Of a stretch of DNA of 64,000 bases, positions 12,699-23,708 are shown piece by piece; position 1 is the first letter of the stretch; the number at the start of each line of letters is the position of its first letter. A program made the position numbers and the translations under genes. Source of the stretch: Ramazzottius varieornatus (taxonomy: Eukaryota; Animalia; Tardigrada); NCBI GenBank assembly GCA_001949185.1, contig BDGG01000012.1, positions 736,973 to 800,972 on the forward strand, given 5' to 3'. The notes beneath the pieces were generated by a model. The model was not told where the DNA came from and did no database searches. It saw only the letters and a program-made list of their open reading frames with translations.

Positions 12699-15148
12699 TC
12701 ATTCGGTTCCACCAGAGCGCCGTGGAACTGCCGAGGTTGATACTACGGTTTGCGCGCACAGATTCATCGGGACCTTAATCAAATTGTGGTACATTTTCCA
12801 CGGCTCGTCCACACGGATATAGCGAAAAGATATTATCTGAAACGAGAAACCCTAGTCAACGTGCGTGTGTTTTGTATATTTCTGTATATTCGAACACTTT
12901 CATACTGTACTCAATAGCCAGTACGTCTGTACCTTTTTCTCATGGCTGAACTGGACAAACCGCACCACCGGGTCAGGTATGGACACAGATCCTCCGACAC
13001 TGAATTCGGTTCCCATGTTGTAGATCACCACTGGCACAGAGTCACCGGTTGCATCGATCAGAAAAATAAGGCTAAAACATAGACAACGACATTACAGCAT
13101 ATAAACAGCGTACATCTATCATGGACTGATCGTTCCCTTACCGCGAAGGGTCGGGAGTTTGGTAAGTGGTTGCATAGATTTTCCCATGCGCCACGAGCCC
13201 ATCATTCTTATGGTCTTTGAGCTCTTTGACGAGAACCAGTTTCAGCGAAGCAGGTCCTTCGTTTAAAATGGCACTCAAATTCTTCACCGGAACCGATTCA
13301 CCGAGCTGCTTGGCCCTCCGTCGAAACGTCTACAGATTGAAAGACTCGGACCAAGTTGCGCACCATAGATACTCGAAACGTCAGAAAACTGTAGCAAATA
13401 CTTCGAATGGAACGACAGAGCACGATTCGCCGCTCTAGACTTACCCGGTCTTTCCCGCTAACCAGGTCGCTAACGAAACTCAGATACTTCACCAGCTCTT
13501 CCGTCTTCTTTTTGGGACTGCTCCAATCGGGTTCCAAGGCGTCCGCCAGCTTCCACATATCCAGGGCTTCTTGGTAGTTCCCGCAAAGAAGGTGGGAGAT
13601 CCCATAGTTATAGTGAAACTCTGCCTTTCCTTGAAGGACCTTGCATTTTTCCTGGGAAGAAAGAACTCACGATCTCACAGCTGAACTTCGTATCGGGTAA
13701 GCAATTCGGGACCCTTCAGTTCGCAAGAAGTGCTAAGTACTCGAGAAACAGTTTAAACATGAGTTGGAGCTCGGGTATCATACTTACGGCTCTTTCAAAT
13801 GACACCAGAGCCTCCAGAATCAAATCCCGATTGGTCTTCACGTTGAAGTACACTAGAAGCGCGTTCCCCAAATTATCTGGAATGGTAGGAATAAACAACG
13901 ATCAGACCAGAGTGTCGGCTTATAGTTGTATAGTTGTATCCACGATAATTCCAAATAGTTACACCAGGCATCTCCCAAGTCGGGGCACTGCTTGACAGCA
14001 TATCTAGCCATCGCCACCATCTTCATCAGCATTCTGCACTTTTCAGTGATATCTTTTTCACCGGCTAGCAGGAGTCTCAGGCTGCAGGAGATATTGATGA
14101 TAGGCAAAACACTCGTGCGGTCCTGTAATAAACGTAATACTGTCAGAGTGGGTACTGTACGTAACGAGACTAGAGATCAAATACAGCATACCAACATGGA
14201 GGCTTTTTCGAAGCAGGATATGGCCGTGTAGATGTTCCCTTGCTCCCAAAAGCTCTCTCCAAGAGCTATCCAGAGGCGTGGGAAGTGAGCGAGATGCCTC
14301 ACAGCGAACTGTAATTCTTCGTGCGCTTCCTTGGTTCGCACCGCGTCTATACTCAAGCAAAGAGCGCGGTACGCGAAATACCAGGAAAGGTTTCGGGGAC
14401 TGAATATACCTAGGACCAGAAAAACCGTTTCATCAAAGCACTGCCATATGCAAGGGAAATCCCGCTTACCGCCGAGTGGTGCCATCTTGTCCAGTGTCCC
14501 AGTAACAATATCGCTAATATCGCGAACTCGTCTGGAAGCGCGATCCGTCGGGAAGTGCTCAAAGTAATAGTCCCGAAACTTTACTGCTCTATTGTGCAGG
14601 TCCTAGAAACAACCGACGTAAGACACGCGTAGTGCACAAGCACTGTCGTACTTGGAAGCTGGCGCAAAAACGCCATGATCGACAGATGACTTCAGCGCAT
14701 TTGCAATTTCAAGCGGCGCACACTTCGGCCAAAACCACCTCTCGTGTGCGCCACCTGAGATAACACCCACGCTTAATTCATTTGCCGACGTTCCAACCCG
14801 TGATAACGATCTGTAGAAACACCAACATACTTGAAGTTGAGAAAACGCCATGGTTTCTTCTTTGGACGGTCTGTACAGACCACTCTTCAAGGATGCAGCA
14901 ACATTCTCTTGGTCGATTTGCAGCAGACTGTTCGATGCCTTCTTCCTTCTCCTCCGCGCTTTGGTCGTCGCGGTCTTGATGCAAGCGTCGTCCATCTTCA
15001 ACTCTTCGGGGCCATCGCCAAAGGGAGAGGAAGGAAGGGTGAAGCATCGATGTCGCGAACCAGATGGTGGGAGCATGGAGTAGAGCTCCGGTTCATCCCC
15101 ATCAGACATGCAAAAGGAGGACAAGTTTTTCTCCGTCGCTGATTCCAT
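12699..15148 (-). CDS. TTC5: Tetratricopeptide repeat protein 5 (TTC5/Strap), multi-exon, with an N-terminal extension
   Basis: FRDYYFEHF; LWIALGESFWEQGNIYTAISCFEKA (TPR); ALEPDWSSP; OB-fold tail LIDATGDSVPVVIYNM..GGSVSIPDP..FRYIRVDEP. Stop at 12699-12701. Confidence 0.85.
14675..14794. repeat. Intronic palindrome family copy, TTC5 intron
   Basis: CAAGCGGCGCACAC..GTGTGCGCCACCTG..TCATTTGCCGACGTTCC. Confidence 0.8.
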
Positions 15149-15717
15149 TCGTGCGCGAGTATGCTTCAAGCTTCCGTCTTCCAAGATGTCTCGCTACCAC
15201 CCAGTTCTCTCAGCCACAGAGCGAAAGATTAAACTACGTAGTCCGAGCTCTGGAGTCCGGGAGGCAAAGCGAAACGTTCAGTTTCACGAATGAAAATTGA
15301 AAATTCGTGATAAGTAAATCGGAATTTTCGGAAATCGATGTTGTGGTTCAATCAGCAATCAAACCGGTCCAGTTAGCGAGGGCGGAGCGAACAAGAGTAC
15401 CGGCCTATGAGAAACACCGCTGTGCTTAGATGTCGCAATCGTTCCAGCCTCCAGGTCTTGTAAAAGTTCTAACTTTCTTCCCAAATCTCAATTATCCTCA
15501 ATCCCCCATTGAACCGCCCCAACAGTTCTCTAAGTACGATCCGCAATAAGTTCGTACGATATCATTGACAATTTTATGCCTATTTTGATGTAAGTCAGGA
15601 TCTATCGTTGTGGAACGATTGAACTAGTCACCTGGAAGTTTTCGCTGGATCAACTTGCTGCGCCGGCAGATATCACTTCATACTCTTTGTTCCTGACAAG
15701 CTGGACAGTGGACAACC

Positions 15718-18700
15718 ATGGCCAGCAAGCTGAAAACGAGGTAAGTATCTTTCAATATTGTTGTTATGAACAGGAAGCTGCAAAGATATCTCCTTGCTGG
15801 TGCAGTCCTATCCATCCGTGAGCCGACTTATGTTTGTCGTTCGCTAGTTGTATATATAGAGCGCTACTTCGTCGGGCTAGTCGCTGAGTACTTTCACTGG
15901 GCTCTGAGGATGCTTTGTTTTACAGTTTCGCTGTTGGCGCAAGATTCGAACCCTTCTATCTTGGCGGAAAGCTGGAAGTGAGTTGGGAATGTGCTTGGTT
16001 CTTCGGCGAACGTAGCCTTGTACCTGTTTTGCTTGTCCGTAAGACTGATTTTTTACAATTATATGCTGTTTTCTGTCACCAGGTATCGCAGGACAACGAG
16101 TTTATTTTCTCGAGCAGCGGCAATGTCGTTAAAGTGTTCAGCATCAAAGATGGAGCTGTCAGGTACAAACTGCAGGCCGACGAGGAAGACCAAATCACCA
16201 TGTTCGTTCTCAATCCGGTAACGGAGGTAAGATTGCAGCAGTACTGAAAGCTTTATACAGCATACATTGGTAGATGGTTATGTTGATCTACACGTGTTTG
16301 TGTTTCATAGACTCTGGTTACTGTTAGCAGAAGTTTCCTCGTCCGCGAATGGTCGTGGAGGGAGTCCAAGGTCTTACGGACGTGGAAGGTATGGGTCGTT
16401 CGACTGTAAACATTGATATTAACCGTCCGATTATCAATTTACCATGCGAGCTGTCGCTTACCGCAAAGTTCATTCTAGGCTGTCCATCGCGCCGCGGTGA
16501 CTTGCATGTCCTTCGATAGTACCGGTCAACTTCTCGCAACAGGAAGCGCCGATTCCACCATAAAAATATGGCACACTGAACTGAAGTGGCACACGCACAG
16601 TCTTCGAGGCTCAAAAGGAGTTATCAAGTAAGCGTGTGTACCTCGTAGGCAACTTGCTGTCAACGAAGGGGAACGCGAACTTCCTGGACCTACCATCTGG
16701 TTATCCTTTGTCGTTGCGAAAACGTTCTCTGTTTTCAGTGTGGTGAAGTTTCATCCCGACCAGTCCCGAGGCATGCTCGCATCCGCAGCGGATGACTGTC
16801 TTGTTAGAATATGGAATTTGGGTATGGGAAAAATGGCAGCCGCAATGGAAGGACACTTTGGAACGATTTCAGATTTGCAGTTTTCCTTGGACGGAAACAA
16901 CATCATAAGGTACGTAATAATCGAAATCTTAGAACTCTATTCTCATCTGTAAGTACGCAAAAATTTCTTCCCAGCTCTTCGCGGGACAAGATTCTTATTG
17001 TGTGGAACCTTGCGTCCTTCGCTCCTTACAAAAAGCTGGCTGTATTCGAGGTCAGTTAGCTCTCCTTCCTTGTTCTTGCCAATCACAGATGTTTAGAAGA
17101 CTTGGTCTTTTGATAGGAAGTGGAAAAGCTAGCTATGCTCCCCGCGGATTTTACCGCTCCGGGTCACGATTGCACGGAAGGGAACATGCTGGTGCTTACC
17201 GGCGGCTCCAAAGGTATACCATTCGAGGTTCACAGACGCGAGTTACAGACATCGTTATCTGACTTTGACAGGCCGTATTTCCGTCTGGGATGTGACCGCT
17301 GGACGAAAACTCGATCCTATTGCGTACCTCACCGAGGCCGACGGAACAGAGGACGAACAACGGCGGATTGTTCAGCTTCACTTGAGCGCGAAACTCAATA
17401 AACTTTTGGTTGCCTCGGCCGACCAGAATGTTGTCGTTTACGACTTCCCTTCGTTAAAGACTGAGCACCAGGTATGTTAGTCTTGAATATACCCTTGACC
17501 TAAGGTGAATCAAATGCCTTGCAGTTTTCCGGCTTCAACGATGAAATTTTCGATCTCAAGTTTGCTGGAGCAAACGAAGGGTTCGCTGTGGTAGCCACCA
17601 ACAGCGCGCGTCTGAAAGTATACAACATCACGACTGCTGACTGCAGGTTCGCTGATGGACACAGGGATGCGATCCTCTGTATCGCAGTGATCCGGCCGAA
17701 GAACCTTGTTGTCACGAGTTCCAAGGTAAGGTCTTTGCACTGGCTCCTTACATACGCTCACTGTTTGTCTGTTACTTACTCCTCCTTTGCATTATAGGAT
17801 TGTGATATTCGGCTATGGACTTTTAATGAGCCGAAGATGTCGTTGAACTGCACTGGAACAACTTCGGGACATACCAGCACTGTTGGAGCTCTAGCGACTT
17901 CTCAGTATGTTTTTCGGGCTTACGTTGATATGGTTGAAATGTTATGGGGTTCTTAAAGTGCAAGAATACTTTTCTTACAGCACCGATTCTAAGAACGACT
18001 TTGTGGTGTCTGGCAGCGAAGATTCCACACTGAAAGTTTGGCGTTTGACCGCAGAAACCACCCACAAAAAGACCAAGTACTCTCTGCAACCCGAACATAC
18101 GGAAGTGGCTCATGAGAAAGGTATCAACTCAGTCTCCGTCTCACCCGACGACAAATGGATCGTGTCAGCTGGTGGAGACAAGACCGCCAAAGTACGTTGT
18201 CAATTATTCATGTAGTCGCTCATGTTGTCATGTCCAACATGCGAAAACTCTTTCTAGGTGTGGAAAGCTAGACCATTCGGCCTCAAAGGAGTACTTCGTG
18301 GCCATAAAAGGCCGGTGTGGTGTGCCTTGTTTGCCCCTCATGATCAGGTACGTGCAGTGACGACACTGTGATGCCTCTAAAGCGCTAGGGATTTAATTAC
18401 GGTTAGCATGCTCGTAGATCGTGGGAACCAGTTCGGCCGACGGTACAGTGAAGCTGTGGGCCTTGTCCAACTTGACGTGTCTCAAAGTAAGACAAGCCTT
18501 CCCATTGGTTGTTTTGGTTCTGGTGGCAGCAGCTGATGCACTCTCCCTATGATCACGTTCTTTAGACCTTCGAAGGACACGATTGCTCAGTGATGAAGTT
18601 TGCCTTTCTTTCCCGCGGACTTCAGATAATATCAGCGTAAGTACTGGCAGACCATCAATAAAAGGAATGACAATCTTAATTTAATGGCTTTGGTTTTTGT

Positions 18701-19650
18701 AGCGGGTCTGACGGTCTCTTGAAGTTATGGGACGTGAGGAAGAACACGTGTATGAAAACTTTTGACGAACATGACGACAAAGTGTGGTCGCTGGAGGTAT
18801 CGTCCGACGAGAAACACCTGCTGACGGGAGCCGGAGATTCTACCTTCTTGCTGTGGGAAGATGTGACGGAAGAAGAACTGGCTGCGGAGCGACAGAAAGC
18901 CGACGCAAACATTGAACGGTATGTGGTCACTATGAATAAGTTTGTCTTTTAATTATCCATATCTATAATATTCGTCTTACTATTGTCGCAGGGAACAAGA
19001 GCTGCAAAATCTACTGCAGAATAAAGATTTCCTCAAAGCATTCAGGATAGCCTTGGACCTCGACCAACCCAATCGTCTGCTCCACATAATCGGTGGTAAG
19101 TTCGAACGTGTGAGGTCTTTTCCGATTGAACTTCGAAACCTGACCTCTCCTCTTACGGAGCTAATGAATTTGGTCTTCGCTCATCAGATATCATGAAGGA
19201 GCCTTCCGGTCAAGAAAAGCTGACTGTAGTACTAAAGTCCTTGGACGATTTCAATCTCGGTATGTCGGTTGTAGATTGAGCACCTTGTAATTCTCTGATT
19301 TGCTAACAGTGCGTTTTGGGTCGCTGCAGAGCAACTCCTGCGGTACATCGTAGCGTGGAACACGAACAGTCGGCACACGTATTACGCCCAGTCCACACTT
19401 GCCTGCATCTTCAGGACAGTATTGCCTAAGCGATTGCTGCAGCTCCCCAAGATTGGCAGTTACGTGGAAGGACTCATACCTTACACAGGTTTGTGGCGAC
19501 GAACAGGTGGGCTTTTCGATAGGTTAACCACGATTGGTTTTGTTTTCAGAGCGACATGCGGCTCGGCTAGATCAATTACATGTCAGTTCCCTGTTCTCGC
19601 GCTATTTATGGAACAACGTCAAACAGCTTGGTGATATGGAGAAGACTTGA
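15718..19650 (+). CDS. TBL3: Transducin beta-like protein 3 / Utp13 (WD40 SSU processome subunit), many short exons
   Basis: MASKLKT..EPFYLGGK start; many WD40 repeats (GHFGTISDL, GFNDEIFD, AHEKGINSV, GHDCSV); Utp13 C-terminal EQELQNLL..WNTNSRH..LIPYTERH. Confidence 0.93.
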
Positions 19651-20018
19651 CAGGAGTTGGAAGTTTGAAGTAACTGCCCTGTACATAATTACAGATCATT
19701 CTGAATCCCAAAGGAATTTTGTGGAGCGTATTTCAGATCAATTGTTTATTCCACTGTACTCCTATACACTTTGACATCTGCTTTACTCTGAAGCTAGCTG
19801 TCATCCAACCATTGTTACATACTGTACTACCAAAAGAAAATTCGACATCTCTGTATTCCCAGATGGAAGCGTCTCAGATAATTACAGAGTCAGCGGAAAT
19901 CAAACATGGAAAAAATTACAGCGAGAACGTTTTGATGTACTCGTATCCGATCTTCTTGTGTCAAAACTGAACAGAATTTTCTGCCCAATGGACCATGGTC
20001 ACTACCCGTGAACGGGCG

Positions 20019-20267
20019 TCACTTGCCTTTGGCCTGCATTTTGTGGAAGTGTCGCACATTCGGATTTTCGTTGTCGTCCGTCATTCGAACAATATCTTCC
20101 GGCTTTCTGTCAAAGCTAAACAGTTGGACAGGTGGCTTGTTTCCTAAAACAATGCCGTCTCTGCGGAGAGCAGTGAAGGCGACTCCATTTGAGGGCAGAT
20201 CGGCCACAATCCTGCGCGCTTCTTGCAACTCATCCTCGTCCCTTCCAAACAATCTTTGGCCGGACAT
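20019..20267 (-). CDS. Small hypothetical protein (82 aa), unrecognised
   Basis: Clean ORF with protein-like composition in the gap between TBL3 and UTP25. The frame stays open 31 codons upstream to a possible acceptor at ~20363. Confidence 0.45.
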   Translation of the reverse strand: MSGQRLFGRDEDELQEARRIVADLPSNGVAFTALRRDGIVLGNKPPVQLFSFDRKPEDIVRMTDDNENPNVRHFHKMQAKGK

Positions 20268-20687
20268 GTGGGCGACGCTCTCCGGAAATGCGTTCCTTCG
20301 AGGGTAAGAGGCCGATCCGGATTTCAGGATCGTATCTTGACGAGGTCCGAAGCCTTCGACCTAGATCACAGGATCAAGACGAACCGGAGAACCGGGGAAG
20401 TTTTACACGAGAAGCTTTACTGTAGTTAGTCCAGCAGGAACCAGTGATCACAAAAAACCACAACAAACTTTCAAGAGCGTTGACTGCTATGCGAGATTGC
20501 TTGATTTACATGAGTGGTCTTTGGTGGTTTATCGCAATTACCTGGTTGGAGGGTTCTATTGCGCAATGTAGGTTAAAAAATTTCTAATTACTAACATTAT
20601 AGCTTTTCGGACGCTGAAACTCCATTCTGGTCTACTGTGTCCTGCTCCTGTATTCGTCTCCTGTGTGGACCGGATCCAGACAAAGAA

Positions 20688-23559
20688 ATGGCGAAGCGGA
20701 AACCGCCGGCTGAGAGCGAGAGAGTCTCGTCGGCAAGGTATGATTGCCATCATTCGATATGTGACAACGAATCTATTGGTTGTGTAGTTGATAAGTATAT
20801 CGGGATACACATTCCAGGGCCAGAAAGCATCGATCCAAGCGTCCGCGTTCTCAAGATACTGATCGGACTCTTAATGAACAGCTTACTTCGGAGGGTGAGG
20901 TCGAAGAGCTCGCTTCAGCTTCTGGACTGCTAGCCCAGACGTTTGCTAGCAGAGCAGTTGAATCCGACGACGACTACGACGGAGCAGTTCCAGTAGAAAC
21001 GGAAGATGCCATTCCGAAAGATGAGACTGCAAACAGCGATGACGAAGGTGGAGATGGCGATGAAGACGCGAGTGACGTTGATAATGATGCTGCCTTTAAC
21101 GAAGACGACACGGACAATCCGTCAGAAGAAGGTATGTTATTTTTCCATGTCGTTTGCAACCGGAAGTTCGCTGCTGGTGAACTCGCATCATTCTCACCCT
21201 GATCGCCCTGTTCGCGTAGATCCATTCGACGAACATTTTGGTCGGCTAATTGGAGAAAATGCTGCAGCTGCTGCGCAGAAAAAGACCCAAGCAGTGGAGT
21301 CTGTGATCATGGTATGGTAATAACTCTGATCTCTTCTCGAAGCGCTGTCAGATGGTTACTCTCGCTGACCGTCAGCTGAGTGGTCGTGGATGATCTCCAG
21401 TATAGTTCCAGAGCACTGGAGAGTTCATTATGCATCGACTTTCGGACGAAAAGGAACCAGTGGTTGACGTCAAAGACGGCAAATCGCCCCGTAATTGTCA
21501 CGTAAGTTAGTTATCCGTGGACTACAGTATTTGCAGAAGAATTAGGATCTCGCATAATGAAAGCGACCGTAGGTTCGTCAAAGTCTTGTAAAGAACATCG
21601 AAACAAACCAAGGGTTCTGGACGAGGAGGGCGGGCGAATTCTTCGCCATGATGAACAGTTACACAGACCTCTTTCATTTTGCGAAGAACCACGAGATGGA
21701 TCTGGATGTGAAACGATCCTACTCTTTGCATGTGCTGAACCATATTCTCAAGTAAGCCTCCTTCCTTCCTGCTATGCTGTGAAGGGTTTTTAAGAAGAAC
21801 GACAAGCACACCTGTGCTTATTTGCTAGGGCGCGAAGTCGCATCATCGCGCACAACATGAAGCTTTCTAAACGGTCGAAGAAAGAGTTCGCTGTCTACCG
21901 AGACCAAAGTTTCACTCGTCCCAAGGCCCTGATACTTGTGCCGTTCAAGCATCACGCACTTCAGCTCTTCGAAATCTTCTGCGACCTGCTGAACACAAAA
22001 GAAGAAATCCAGGTGATGAACCGGAAGAAGTTCCTGGACAACTTCGGTCTAAAGGGAGTGGATCCCGTGCCGAACCTTGACCGACCGGAAGACTTCAGAG
22101 AAACCTTCAAAGGCAACACTCGGGACGGTTTTCGGGTAGGTATCGGCATCGCGAAGAAGACTTTGAAGATGTACACCGACTTTGCATCTTCGGATATTCT
22201 CATCGCCGATCCTTTGGGTCTGAGAATGATTATCGGTGAAGAAGGACAGAAACAGAACGAATACGATTTCTTGTCCTCGATCGAAATACTCATACTCGAC
22301 CAAGCTGACATCTTCATGATGCAGAACTGGGAGCATGTCTTGGTAAGAACATGTCTATTGCTTCTCCTTTGCCTCTACCTTGAATGTCATCGTATATCAT
22401 CGTCTCGTAGACTATTATGAAGAACATGAATCGACAACCGAAAGACACAACCAACGTCGACTTCAGCCGCGTTCGAACGTGGGTGCTTAACGGGTGGAAC
22501 TCGTTATACCGTCAGACCATGATCTTCAGTGCCTTCCGCTCTCCGGAGATTCAAGCTCTGATTAACCGATCTTGCTTCAGTTAGTCTCAACAGATAAGTG
22601 GGACAGTCAGATGAGCTGAACACGATCGTTGATACAAGTGGCGCAAGCTTTCGTTGTTACTGGGCTGGCATTGTGCGCCACTTGGGTGAAAGATCATTCT
22701 GGTTCAAGCCGTTTGCCCACTCCCGAATATGACGAACCACCTTGCTTTGGTCCGAACCTCCGTTTCACATACAGAGATTTTTAATGGATTTGTTTCTGCA
22801 GACTATGGTGGATCGTTGACAGCCAAAGCGACCACGCAGCCGGTGTTGACATCTGTCGTGGTTTCAGCACCGCACTGTTTCCACAGGATACCAGGAAGTG
22901 ATCACACGTCCTCCAGCGATGCCAGATTCAGATTCTTCGTCGAGAAGGTTGGTTAATTTGAATCGAACCTCTTTGACCTATTTCACTGCTCCTGTCACAT
23001 CTTGTGTACTACCGTAGATACTACCTCAGATGACAGATAAGGCCAGAAGCCAGACCATGATCTTTGTCCCTTCGTATTTTGACTTTGTCCGTATCCGAAA
23101 CCACTTCAAAAGGGAAGACATCAGCTTCGTGCAGATTGGTGACTACACTCCAGCCACCAAGGTCGCTCGAGCAAGAGATCTATTTTTTCACGGGAAGAAA
23201 CACTTTTTACTGTACACCGAACGTTTCCATTTCTTCTACCGGTAAGAGCAACGACGTCAACCTTTGTGGCTGCAGATTTATGAATATCACCCAACACTTT
23301 TCTGATTTTCAGATACCGCATACGCGGCATCCGGCACATTCTCTTCTATGGCCTCCCACACTACACACACTACTACGCCGAACTGTGTAACATGATGGTG
23401 GGAGATGACACCGATGTTTTGCACCAGTTCACCTCCGATGTTCTGTACTCGAAATTTGACGCGTTTAGTTTAACGTCTATAGTTGGCCCAGCGAAAGCTC
23501 AGACTATGCTCCAGTCTGATAAGACTGTCCATCTTTACGTAACTAGTCCTGACGAATAG
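20688..23559 (+). CDS. UTP25: U3 snoRNA-associated protein 25 / digestive organ expansion factor (UTP25/DIEXF)
   Basis: YSLHVLNHI; RDQSFTRPKALILVPFK; DFLSSIEILILDQADIFMMQNWEH; FVPSYFDFVRIRN; LLYTERFHFFYRYRIRGI. Stop TAG at 23557-23559. Confidence 0.95.
22600..22724. repeat. Intronic palindrome family copy, UTP25 intron
   Basis: CAAGTGGCGCAA..GTGCGCCACTTGGG..GTTTGCCCACTCCC. Confidence 0.8.
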
Positions 23560-23708
23560 TATCATCCCAAGAACCTTTTACAAGCTTCATGGCTAATAGT
23601 TCCCATGACGAGTATGTGTCTGAGTGACCTCTTTCATTGACTGGCTTGAATTAAAGTACAGTTAGTTCCTTATTGACGTTATTTGTGAGTCGTTCTTCCT
23701 ATTCGCAG

